From positions 16,058 to 80,057 of the IMG/VR virus record IMGVR_UViG_3300001041_000017: DNA of 64,000 nucleotides. The stretch is one strand, 5' to 3'. Origin of the DNA: a virus. The translations under genes were made by a program, and so were the position numbers. The notes under the pieces were generated by a model. The model saw only the letters and a program-made list of their open reading frames with translations. It searched no databases and was not told the DNA's origin. Below, one piece after another: positions 9,117-18,637 of the stretch (position 1 is its first letter; every line of letters begins with the position of its first letter).

Positions 9117-10651
9117 TTATACAGCCATTCACTTCTAAAAGTAATCTTGATTATCTCCAGTCTAAATTAGCGATTGGAGATAAAAAACCAAGATGTATTG
9201 TAAAGTTTTTTTATACAGATAGTAGTGGTATTTATACTGGTCTAATTTTTGAAAAAACTGTTTCTGTAGATATAGATCAAAAGATAGATACTCCATGTTC
9301 TGAAGCAACAATAAAGATAGATAATCCTATGGGTAGTTATTCTCCATTTTATGATGCAGCTAAATTTCCAGAAATAAATCTTCAACCATTTAATTTTAAG
9401 AATTTGTTTCTACCAAATACAAAAGTAGAAATTTGGTTAGGTTACGGAAACAATATAAAGAAAAGATTCACTGGTTTAATAGATAAAGTCAGTTTTGCTG
9501 GATTTCCTAACACAATGACTCTTAGAGTTTTAAGTATGTATAAAATAATTCAGGAACATATACTAGAACCCCCTGGGGGTTCCTATACTTATCATTGGTG
9601 GTCTGCCGGAAGTATAATGGGAGACTTAATTGATAGGTGTACCGGACTTCCTGTTATGTTTGAAGAGGTTATGATTTGGGACGGTTCCAGGGGAGATTAT
9701 GTTCCATATACAATAGAGAGTGTAGAATTTAAGTATGGAGAGTTTTTGAGTGATTCTGTTTCTAGCATAGCAAAAACTCTGAATCATAGAATTGGAGATA
9801 ATGCTGAAGGTGTTATTTATTTCAAAGAAGATATTTACGATGCTACTTGGCCGGAAGATCACCTATATACAGACTGGGTAGGTTTAAAAGAATTAAGTAT
9901 GGATATAGATGATCAAAAAATAAGAACTCATGTTATGGTTTTTGGTGGTAGCGGATTTAATCTTTTTAGAAATGATTATTTATTTAATGAAATAGCAAAA
10001 GGGAGAAGAAAAGTATCTCAAATTCCTCTTTGGTGGGGAGATACAAGAGAAAAAAGAGAAGTAGCTGCAAGGAAATTTTTTAGAGATATTTTAAGAAAAT
10101 TCAAAACAGGTAGTTTTGTTTCTACAGGAAACCCTAATATAAAGATAGCCGACTTAATACGTCTGAGAAATGTAGGAACCGGTATAAATTCTAAGTATAG
10201 GGTTGTTGGAATAAAGACATCTTTCAATACTTCTGGGGTCTATTTAGACAATATAGAATACGAATCATGTCAAAATCTATCTTATGTTGTTGAGGAAAGA
10301 AGTGTTGTTATTCCAAAAAAACCAGTTGAAGAAACTTTCTTTTTTGAGTCTTTTGATACTTACAAAACAACATTAAATCCTGGTTTTTATAAAACTTTTC
10401 AATCAGAATTAAATCCTTTCCCTTTTGGTATCCAACATAATGAAGCGGAAGGTTGGGGTGTAGCGATTAGTAATGCAAATGATCCAATACCTATAACCCC
10501 AGACAATGTAGAGGTTCCTTCTGACGTTCCTGAAAAACCTCTAAATGAAGAACCTCATCCAGAAATCATAGAAGTATGGTCTGACGGAATTTTAATGGAA
10601 AAAAGATTATCAGAACCACCCTATACTATTTTATATAAAAAACCTTCCTAA
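9113..10651 (+). CDS. Baseplate hub/Tal-like tail protein
   Basis: 'P.TKVEIWLGYG....RFTGLIDKV' and 'GNP.I...D.I......G....Y.V..I' hub motifs; ATG 9113 overlaps the upstream stop. Confidence 0.7.
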   Translation: MIIQPFTSKSNLDYLQSKLAIGDKKPRCIVKFFYTDSSGIYTGLIFEKTVSVDIDQKIDTPCSEATIKIDNPMGSYSPFYDAAKFPEINLQPFNFKNLFLPNTKVEIWLGYGNNIKKRFTGLIDKVSFAGFPNTMTLRVLSMYKIIQEHILEPPGGSYTYHWWSAGSIMGDLIDRCTGLPVMFEEVMIWDGSRGDYVPYTIESVEFKYGEFLSDSVSSIAKTLNHRIGDNAEGVIYFKEDIYDATWPEDHLYTDWVGLKELSMDIDDQKIRTHVMVFGGSGFNLFRNDYLFNEIAKGRRKVSQIPLWWGDTREKREVAARKFFRDILRKFKTGSFVSTGNPNIKIADLIRLRNVGTGINSKYRVVGIKTSFNTSGVYLDNIEYESCQNLSYVVEERSVVIPKKPVEETFFFESFDTYKTTLNPGFYKTFQSELNPFPFGIQHNEAEGWGVAISNANDPIPITPDNVEVPSDVPEKPLNEEPHPEIIEVWSDGILMEKRLSEPPYTILYKKPS

Positions 10652-10663
10652 AGAGGTGAGAAT

Positions 10664-12427
10664 ATGTCGGTTGTAATAGAACCAGTTAATAACTGGTTAG
10701 GTATCGGAAGTAATACTTTTACCAATATAGGTAGCTCTGGAATGTCTTATCCTTTAGCCCCTCCTCCGATACAACAAGCGGATAATTTATTCCCAGACCT
10801 ACTTCAAGAATCAGATACTTATTATAAAGAAAATACTTCAGAATTTTATTCAGATCTTATTTTAAACATAACAATACCAGAAAGAACTTCTTTAGACGAG
10901 GCATATTATTTAGAGTATACCTATTGTGTTGGTGGGATGCCTCAAGATTATTTAGCATTTCTTATAAACAATTCGATAAGAAAAACAACTCATTCACCTT
11001 CCGTCTGGAAGAAGAGTGAGAAAATATATCTCCCCTACGGGGATTTAGAATTAATCTGGAGATATTATAAAATAGTAGTTGATGATTTAACAAAAATAGA
11101 AACAATAGATGTATCAAAAACCTATAGAATGACATCTGGTAAATGGGATGGTCCGTATGCAGATACTATAAATACCGTAAGTTCTGCTGCTGGAGTAGAT
11201 CCTAGATTAACAGCCATGATAATTAAGAAAGAATCTGGTTTTAACGCTAAAGCTTTAAATAAAAAATCTGGTTGTTCCGGATTAATGCAAATATTACCTT
11301 CAAACAATAGATATTTAGGAATAACTAACGCTTACGATTATTTGCAAAATATTCAGGGTGGTGTTAAGTTATTTTCTGAATATCTTAAACAAGTAAACGG
11401 AGACGTTAGGTTTGCTCTGGCAGCCTATAATTGGGGACCGGGGAATGTCGAGAAAGCTGTTCGGAAATATGGTAGAGAAGAGGCTTTAAATCATGCCCCG
11501 ACTGAAACTAAAGATTACGTCCAGAAAATAATAGAGCAATGGGAGGCTTTAGGTGGGAATCCTGCCGATCCTACTGCCCCTGTAGTTGTTGAGGGTGAAA
11601 CCCAAGGGGAATATAAAGGGAATGGTTTTTATCAACTCCCGATACTTGGACCTTGGGGAAAAGCTTGTATCGGTGAAGTAAAGATAACGAAAGAAACCAA
11701 AGAAGATATAGCTTATGATAATTGGGAGGATGTTTTGAAGTTTTATGATTTAAAAACATTTTTCTTTACGGGAGTGTGGAGCAAGATTGAAGAAACTACA
11801 ACATCTAATACATCTACTCCTACAAGTACAACTTCCACTCCTACTACAGATATTCAGAAGTTAACATCGGAACAAATTGAATATATTCAACAGCAATTAA
11901 AAAACGGTGGTTATTATGGTGGAGTAGTTAACGGTATTTATAGTATAGAAATAGGAATATCTTTAAAGAATTTTAAAACTGCTGCCGGACTGTCAGCTAA
12001 CACTAGCTACGATCAAGAAACCTCCGATGCTTTATACTTTTTTATTAAACATCAATCTGGAGGTAGACAGATATCAGAGCATTTTAATGAAGATGAATTT
12101 GCTTGTCATGCCGATAATTCCGTTATGGTTCAACCAAAATTAATAAAATTGTTAGAACAATTAAGAAATGCTATTGGGGTAGGAGTTAATATAAATAGTG
12201 GATATAGAACTCCAGAATATAATGCTACTCTTTCCGGGGCAGCTTTAAATTCTTATCATATAAAAGGTATGGCTGCCGATATCTCCCCTATCGACGGTTC
12301 TTCTTCCACTCTCCAATTGATAGCTTCAAAAGCTAGAGAATTAGGATTTGGTGGAGTAGCCTTATATTCAAGCGGATTTGTTCATGTAGATACCGGTCCC
12401 AAGAGAGATAGTTGGACTGGAGCGTAA
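10664..12427 (+). CDS. Virion-associated peptidoglycan hydrolase: SLT + PG-binding + M15A peptidase
   Basis: SLT motifs IKKESGFN, GLMQI, ALAAYNWGPGNV and ET.DYV; PG-binding-like 'IQQQLK..GYY.G.V.G'; C-terminal SGYR..SYH..GMAADI..FVHVD. Confidence 0.9.
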   Translation: MSVVIEPVNNWLGIGSNTFTNIGSSGMSYPLAPPPIQQADNLFPDLLQESDTYYKENTSEFYSDLILNITIPERTSLDEAYYLEYTYCVGGMPQDYLAFLINNSIRKTTHSPSVWKKSEKIYLPYGDLELIWRYYKIVVDDLTKIETIDVSKTYRMTSGKWDGPYADTINTVSSAAGVDPRLTAMIIKKESGFNAKALNKKSGCSGLMQILPSNNRYLGITNAYDYLQNIQGGVKLFSEYLKQVNGDVRFALAAYNWGPGNVEKAVRKYGREEALNHAPTETKDYVQKIIEQWEALGGNPADPTAPVVVEGETQGEYKGNGFYQLPILGPWGKACIGEVKITKETKEDIAYDNWEDVLKFYDLKTFFFTGVWSKIEETTTSNTSTPTSTTSTPTTDIQKLTSEQIEYIQQQLKNGGYYGGVVNGIYSIEIGISLKNFKTAAGLSANTSYDQETSDALYFFIKHQSGGRQISEHFNEDEFACHADNSVMVQPKLIKLLEQLRNAIGVGVNINSGYRTPEYNATLSGAALNSYHIKGMAADISPIDGSSSTLQLIASKARELGFGGVALYSSGFVHVDTGPKRDSWTGA

Positions 12428-12442
12428 AGGGAGTGATGAATT

Positions 12443-12823
12443 ATGATCGGAACGATGGAACAGCAATTATCCGAATTTATAGATAGATGGTTTCAAAATA
12501 AAATAACGGATGGAAATAGAACTCAGAATTCTTCTTCAACATCTCCAACGGTAGTAATAAATACTCCTGAAGAGGTATTTATTCCAGATGAACATATTAG
12601 ACTTTTTTATAATTCTGAAAACAAAGGGAGATTAGAAAAAGTAGTAACAGGTAGTAGTATTATTTCTCTGGTTGAAATAAAAAATAGATTAGAAAAAGTA
12701 TTTACAGAAACATTGCAGGGAAAAACAGAAACGGCATTAACTTACGATGATCTTAATAGATTGACAGACGTTATTATAAAACAAGTTGTAGAAATAGACG
12801 ATCCTCCATTGGAGGACGTATAG
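12443..12823 (+). CDS. Hypothetical tail-module protein
   Basis: ORF with RBS in the tail operon. Confidence 0.5.
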   Translation: MIGTMEQQLSEFIDRWFQNKITDGNRTQNSSSTSPTVVINTPEEVFIPDEHIRLFYNSENKGRLEKVVTGSSIISLVEIKNRLEKVFTETLQGKTETALTYDDLNRLTDVIIKQVVEIDDPPLEDV

Positions 12824-12824
12824 T

Positions 12825-15101
12825 ATGGTTTGGGTAAATACAAAAATATCTGAAGGGAGCCCAATTGAAGACTTAACAAATGTTATGGAGAGTAACGGTT
12901 GGGGTTTGGAAAGTAAATATAGCAGAATGGTTATTCCCTCAGATTTTATTAAACCTAAAAGGATAACCATTCCGGTATTAAGAAATGATGATTTTAGTTA
13001 TATCCCAATACCTCAAGAAATTAAGCGTATTAATAGCAAAAAATATAGAAATTATTATTTATTCAAAGATGGAGAAGAAATAGTTTCTGATATACTAGGG
13101 CCGGTTATAGTTATAGAAAGAGATGACCTAGATTCAGTAGATATGTATATAAGCCCAATAGAAGAAGGGGAGATCTTAGAAACCTCTGTTGGTATTCATT
13201 ATATTTTTCAAAGTATTTTTGACGAAAGATTTATTTTGGGTATTTCTTTTTATTTAGAAATAAAAGAGTCTGTGTTTTCGTTACTTAATAATAATTCTAT
13301 GCCGATAACTGTACCTGGGGTGGACAGGATGATTATTAAAAACGAAGAAGATTGTATCGGAAGTATTCTTAATAAAACAATGTCTAAAAGAGTTTTCCCT
13401 TCATCTTGGTATGTTTATTCTTTGAAATCTCTTAGTGATCATCTTTTAAGTGACCACGATATTTCTATTATTAAAAACTCTTTTATTTTTTTTAGCAAAG
13501 AAAACGATGATATAAAAAGAGTATGCTTAGATGTAGAAACAGAAACTTATTGGAATGAAAAAGAAGAAGTTAAAAGTAAAGGTTATCCTCAAATTATGCA
13601 ATCACCAATAATAGAAATGAATTTAAGAAAACCAGATTTAGAGGATTATAGTTACGACAATACTTTGAAGATTAAAAAGATGAATACAAACTGGTGGAAA
13701 AATAGCAAAATATCCGTCGTTGGAAGAATAGATTCAAGGACTATTTTTCTTATATTTCAAACTGATAATACTCCTTCTTTTGAGGGAAATGTCATTCCAG
13801 CGATACCTCTTTATTTTGGCGATTTAGATAAGCCTCAAGATTCTGGAAGAGGAGAAACGACTCCAATTTTAATAGCTGGGACAGTTCCCAATTTATCTTT
13901 AGACGAAATTAAATCTTTTGAATTTGATAATACAGAAATAACACAGACTCCTATATTTCCATTGCTGAAAAGTTATAAAAGTTATCCTGGGAATGGAATT
14001 GATAATGTAATGATGAGGAGAACAAATAATGGTTCTTTTTATCAAAGATGCTACTTATCATGGAATACGATTTCAGACCTTGCAAGACCTAACAGGAAGA
14101 GTTCTGAAGGGTATCAGTATCCAAGGTCTTATTACGGAGAAGATGAATTTCTTTATCAATTTAATCCTTCGGGATATTCAGAAGAAAATGAAAATAATTC
14201 TGTTTCCTCAAAGATATATGTTATCCATCCAGAAGACGGAATACTTGGATCTCTAAGATTTTGCATAGCAATAAATCCTCTATCTTTAATATCAGGGATG
14301 GATAAATTGAAAGTAAGAAGAGAGTGTCCTAGTTTGTTTGACATTTATTCTTTTAGAATAATAGAATCTGTTTCTCCATTTACGAAAAGACCAGGGACAC
14401 CTTACAGATATATAGGTATTGGTCTTTTAGAATTATCAGAAAAAATAATAGAAGAACCATATTTGGGGTTAGATTCTTTTGGAACTTACGAAAATAGAGT
14501 TTCTGTTTCTTTTATTTCTAATGGTAACGCTATTATATATACAACGGATGAAACTAATCCAATAGAATCTGAAACATCCATAGATTATTTAGGTCCTTTT
14601 GTGATTGAAGAAACCACTACAATCAATGTAGTGGCAACGGACGGAGAGGGTAATTTTAGCGAGGTTGTTACTGGAGAATTTATTATAACTCCAATCGAAA
14701 CTCCTGAAGATCCTCCTGAAGATCCTCCTGAAGATCCTCCTGAAGATCCTCCTTCTACAGATGGGCCTACATCTATTCCTATAAAAGCTCTTTTTGATGT
14801 GGATGGTGGAGGACCGATAGGAAGAATTTATCCTGAAGGTTTCTTAACAACTCCTTTTAGCGATATTTCTGTATTGCAATTTGTTTTATGGGATCTACAA
14901 CCACAAGATACTTTATTGGATGAAGTTTTTTGGACATCAAGTAATCCAGAAGTAGCAGAAGTTTATGTAGTAATAGAAGCTCCTTTAGCCAGAAACGCTT
15001 ATTATCATGTAAGATTCAAAAGTGTAGGAACAACAACATTTACTATCTCTAGTAGGACTAACCCTAATGTAAATTCCACATTTGTATTAACATTGCAATA
15101 A
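12825..15101 (+). CDS. Virion structural protein, paralog 1, with C-terminal FN3/Ig-like domains
   Basis: Shares MQSPI, TNWW, FNPS.YS and SPFTKRP motifs with the next paralogs; 'IIYTTD.T.P' FN3-associated motif and 'WTSSNPEVAEV' Ig-like motif. Confidence 0.7.
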   Translation: MVWVNTKISEGSPIEDLTNVMESNGWGLESKYSRMVIPSDFIKPKRITIPVLRNDDFSYIPIPQEIKRINSKKYRNYYLFKDGEEIVSDILGPVIVIERDDLDSVDMYISPIEEGEILETSVGIHYIFQSIFDERFILGISFYLEIKESVFSLLNNNSMPITVPGVDRMIIKNEEDCIGSILNKTMSKRVFPSSWYVYSLKSLSDHLLSDHDISIIKNSFIFFSKENDDIKRVCLDVETETYWNEKEEVKSKGYPQIMQSPIIEMNLRKPDLEDYSYDNTLKIKKMNTNWWKNSKISVVGRIDSRTIFLIFQTDNTPSFEGNVIPAIPLYFGDLDKPQDSGRGETTPILIAGTVPNLSLDEIKSFEFDNTEITQTPIFPLLKSYKSYPGNGIDNVMMRRTNNGSFYQRCYLSWNTISDLARPNRKSSEGYQYPRSYYGEDEFLYQFNPSGYSEENENNSVSSKIYVIHPEDGILGSLRFCIAINPLSLISGMDKLKVRRECPSLFDIYSFRIIESVSPFTKRPGTPYRYIGIGLLELSEKIIEEPYLGLDSFGTYENRVSVSFISNGNAIIYTTDETNPIESETSIDYLGPFVIEETTTINVVATDGEGNFSEVVTGEFIITPIETPEDPPEDPPEDPPEDPPSTDGPTSIPIKALFDVDGGGPIGRIYPEGFLTTPFSDISVLQFVLWDLQPQDTLLDEVFWTSSNPEVAEVYVVIEAPLARNAYYHVRFKSVGTTTFTISSRTNPNVNSTFVLTLQ
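14703..14753 (+). repeat. 12-bp tandem repeat (CCTGAAGATCCT)x4 encoding a PEDP linker
   Basis: Directly visible in the sequence. Confidence 0.9.
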
Positions 15102-15140
15102 ATATTTTCTTACGCTTAGAGATAAATTATTGAAAGGGGA

Positions 15141-15569
15141 GTGATGGGATTGGCTGAAAGTTTTTCAGTAAATTATTTAGCCGGAGGAAGATTAAACTCT
15201 CCCTGGTTCCCAACAAAAACAGAACCATATATTGAAGGTCTTATTTTACCGATAAATAATTCTGTTTTAGAAACACCTAAAATACTAACTTTAGATTTTG
15301 ATACAGAAATGTTATCAATGTCTATAGCAGCAGAAAGATATGAAATATTTGATTATTGGAAATTATTCATTAATAACAAGATAGTTATGAAAAATATTTA
15401 TATGAAAAAGATACCAGAGGGGGTATTTTTAATGGTTGCAAAAAGTATACCTGCAAATACTCCAATATTATTAGTATTCTATAACCAAAGTCAAGTAGCA
15501 AATCATGTCTGGGTTAATTATCAGTTTTTAAGAGATCCAGAAGAAGATATAATAGAGGATGAACAATAA
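15141..15569 (+). CDS. Tail-module hypothetical protein
   Basis: ORF with RBS; stop overlaps the next start. Confidence 0.55.
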   Translation: MMGLAESFSVNYLAGGRLNSPWFPTKTEPYIEGLILPINNSVLETPKILTLDFDTEMLSMSIAAERYEIFDYWKLFINNKIVMKNIYMKKIPEGVFLMVAKSIPANTPILLVFYNQSQVANHVWVNYQFLRDPEEDIIEDEQ

Positions 15570-17155
15570 TGTCCTGGGTAAATACAACAGTCCAAGAAGG
15601 TTTATTTTTAGAAGGAATTGCAGAAATATTAGAACCTGAAGGTTGGGAACTTTTAAAGAAATACAATAAGATAGTTTGTCCTAAAGAGTTTTTTATTATT
15701 GAAAAAATAGAATTAACTCTTCCGGCAAACACAACAACTTTAGAAATACCTCTGGGGTTAAAAAACGCTCCAGAGGGTATTATCCGAGGATTTCTTCTTT
15801 TCGAAAAAGAAACTGGTCTTATAGAAGAATATTCTTCAGGGATAAATAATATTTACATTGAGAGCAAAGTTTATGATAGGGCTTATGTTCTATTCTACAA
15901 TAACGTAAACCTATCCTCTGTTATGAATTTTAATATATCGTCTCATTATATTTTCAAAAATCAAGATGGATTAACTTTTGGATTAGCCTTATATTTAGAA
16001 ACAACAAAAACTATAATAGAAATTCTAGAAAAATCATTACTTCCGTTTATTACTCCAAAAGACAATCTGGAAGACGAGAATACAAAAATAATTGCCGATA
16101 ATGTTTTTTCTTCCTGGTTAATAGATTCTTCAAAACAATACTTTGAAAGATCTACATTATATTCGTATATGATTGAAAGTTTACAAGAAGAGATTATAAA
16201 TAAGGAAGAAGAACTTTTTCCTTGGGAAGACAATGATACAGCTAAAAATTATTCTTTAGACCAAGAAACCATTTCTTATTTTGAATACAATCCTCTAGAG
16301 GATGAATACGAATTGAAAGTTGACAATTTTCCTGAAACAATGCAATCACCAATAGTTCCCATAAATATTAGAAGACATTCTCTAGATAATGTCTATAAGG
16401 ATAATGATTTAGGTATAGATATTTATGATACTAATTGGTGGGAAGATAGTGATATTAAAGTAAAAGGGCAATTAGATTACCGAACTATATTTTTAATAAT
16501 TGAGGCAGACAATACTTCTGCTTTTGAAGGAAATGTTGTTTCGACAGTTCCTTTTTATTTTGGAGAAATAGATTTAGAAGAAACAGAAGAAAGAACAATA
16601 GTATTAATAACAGGAACAACTCCAAACGAAACAAATTATAACTTTGATGATTCATCTAATGAACCTATAGAAACAATATTACCGTTATCTAAAACTTACG
16701 AATCGAATCCGGCAAATGCTATTAATAATGTTATGGTTATGAAAAATAAAAACGGGTCATATTATAAATCTCATTATCTGTCTTGGAATACTATTTCTAA
16801 TCTAGTATCTCCAGACCGAATAGGGAATAATAAATATCCGAGGTCTTGGGGTCAGAATTCAGAAGATGAATTTCTTTATCAATTTAATCCTTCGGGATAT
16901 TCAGAAGAAGGAATGTCTTCTGAGATTTCTGTTATAAGCCCTGAAGAGGGAGTTAGGGGTAATTTAAGATTATGTGTTGCAATAAATCCTCTTTCTTTAA
17001 TAGATGAGGATAAATTGAAGGCTACGAGTGAATTTTGTCCTAATAAATACGATTATTATATCTTCAAAGAAATAAGTGGAATATCACCATTTACAAGTAG
17101 GCCTAGCACAGTTTATAGACCTATGGGTATTGGTATTTTTGAAAAAACAGAATAA
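15569..17155 (+). CDS. Virion structural protein, paralog 2
   Basis: Same motif series as 12825-15101. Confidence 0.7.
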   Translation: MSWVNTTVQEGLFLEGIAEILEPEGWELLKKYNKIVCPKEFFIIEKIELTLPANTTTLEIPLGLKNAPEGIIRGFLLFEKETGLIEEYSSGINNIYIESKVYDRAYVLFYNNVNLSSVMNFNISSHYIFKNQDGLTFGLALYLETTKTIIEILEKSLLPFITPKDNLEDENTKIIADNVFSSWLIDSSKQYFERSTLYSYMIESLQEEIINKEEELFPWEDNDTAKNYSLDQETISYFEYNPLEDEYELKVDNFPETMQSPIVPINIRRHSLDNVYKDNDLGIDIYDTNWWEDSDIKVKGQLDYRTIFLIIEADNTSAFEGNVVSTVPFYFGEIDLEETEERTIVLITGTTPNETNYNFDDSSNEPIETILPLSKTYESNPANAINNVMVMKNKNGSYYKSHYLSWNTISNLVSPDRIGNNKYPRSWGQNSEDEFLYQFNPSGYSEEGMSSEISVISPEEGVRGNLRLCVAINPLSLIDEDKLKATSEFCPNKYDYYIFKEISGISPFTSRPSTVYRPMGIGIFEKTE

Positions 17156-17170
17156 AGGAGGTTTTAGGAA

Positions 17171-18637
17171 ATGCCTTGGATAGATGAGAAAATGATCGAA
17201 GAATCTAAAATTCAAATTGGGTTTCAAGAATTATTGGAATCTGAAGGATGGACTTTAGAATCGCATTTCAAGAAAGTTGTTTTTGGAGCGAATTTTATAA
17301 ACCCAATTTCTCCTTTACAGAGTAATTTTCCTATAGAATTTCATATTGCAGAGCATTTTATTTTTTCACCACAAAAACCAGAAGGTGTAGAAAGTCCTGA
17401 TATTTACTTCGGTTTAGCTTCTTATGGATATTTTGAAATGTTTTATGGATCTATTCCCGTAGATATAGTACCAATATTAGATACCGAAGAAATTCCAACA
17501 CCTGAAAATGGTATAGAAATCAAAGATAAAACAGGTTACAAATTGCTTGGTGAGTGGGTTACTTCCAAATTCCCTAACTACAGAAGAAATTCTACTATCT
17601 ATACTTATATGACAGAAAAGATTCCAGATATCACAGACGGAGAAGACGTAGTTATGGCATGGGATGAGGGTATATTGGGTGATTTTAAGAAAGCTTCTTT
17701 GGATATAGAAATTAAAAAGACTGGTTTTTTGAAATTTAGTGCCAGTCCTGTTTTTAAAATTTTTGTTGCAAAACCAGAATGTATGCAATCTCCCATAGTT
17801 CCTATAAATCTACGAACACCAGATTTAGAAGTAAAGAATACAAACTATAACGAAGGTTTTTTAGTAAGCACGAATAACTTATGGTCAGATAGTCTTTTAA
17901 GATTATCTGGACATTTAGATGAAAATTCTTTATTTTTTATTTTACAAGCCGACAATTCCGGCAATTTTGAAAATAATCTAGTTCCCTCAATACCTCTATA
18001 TTGGGGTAAAATAGAGTCTCTTTCTGAAACAGATAAATATTCAGATGTAATAATAACCGGAAGTGCCTTAGAATCAAAAGAATCTTTTATAGACTATGAT
18101 AGTTCCGATCCATTTATTTCCCCAGAAGATTCTTCTATAATGCCAATACTTAAGAATTATGGTTCTCTTTGTGGAAATGGAATTGATAATATAATGATTC
18201 ATAGATCTAAATATGGTTCTAGGTATCAAGCAGGATATCTTAGTTGGAATGCCCCACCTAATAGTATGCCTCCAGAAAGATCTAAAATAATATCGGGACC
18301 TTCAGGATCTTCCGTTTTGGATTATCCTAGAGCGTATCTGGATTCTTTGATGAATTATAAATTTAATCCTTCGGCTTATAGTAATAAAATTCATAGTTCT
18401 AGGGCTTACGTCGTTCATCCGGAAGAGGGGGTTCGGGGATTTCTCCCAAACATAATACTTTTCCCTGGAATGTCGATGATTAATTCAGATAAACTAAAAA
18501 TAAGGAAAGCAAACTGTCCTAATAAATTCGATCTTTATAGGTATTTTTCTATTGGATCAATATCCCCTTTTACAAAAAGACCGGGAACAGTTTATAGGCC
18601 GGCAGGTATCGGGTTTTACGAAAAGGAGATGGAATAA
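17171..18637 (+). CDS. Virion structural protein, paralog 3
   Basis: MQSPIVP, FNPSAYS, VHPEEGVRG and SPFTKRP motifs. Confidence 0.7.
   Translation: MPWIDEKMIEESKIQIGFQELLESEGWTLESHFKKVVFGANFINPISPLQSNFPIEFHIAEHFIFSPQKPEGVESPDIYFGLASYGYFEMFYGSIPVDIVPILDTEEIPTPENGIEIKDKTGYKLLGEWVTSKFPNYRRNSTIYTYMTEKIPDITDGEDVVMAWDEGILGDFKKASLDIEIKKTGFLKFSASPVFKIFVAKPECMQSPIVPINLRTPDLEVKNTNYNEGFLVSTNNLWSDSLLRLSGHLDENSLFFILQADNSGNFENNLVPSIPLYWGKIESLSETDKYSDVIITGSALESKESFIDYDSSDPFISPEDSSIMPILKNYGSLCGNGIDNIMIHRSKYGSRYQAGYLSWNAPPNSMPPERSKIISGPSGSSVLDYPRAYLDSLMNYKFNPSAYSNKIHSSRAYVVHPEEGVRGFLPNIILFPGMSMINSDKLKIRKANCPNKFDLYRYFSIGSISPFTKRPGTVYRPAGIGFYEKEME

Noticed and set aside
14703-14753. CRISPR-like or regulatory repeat
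   Set aside because: It is a spacerless in-frame 12-bp repeat encoding a Pro/Glu/Asp linker. No CRISPR array was seen anywhere.
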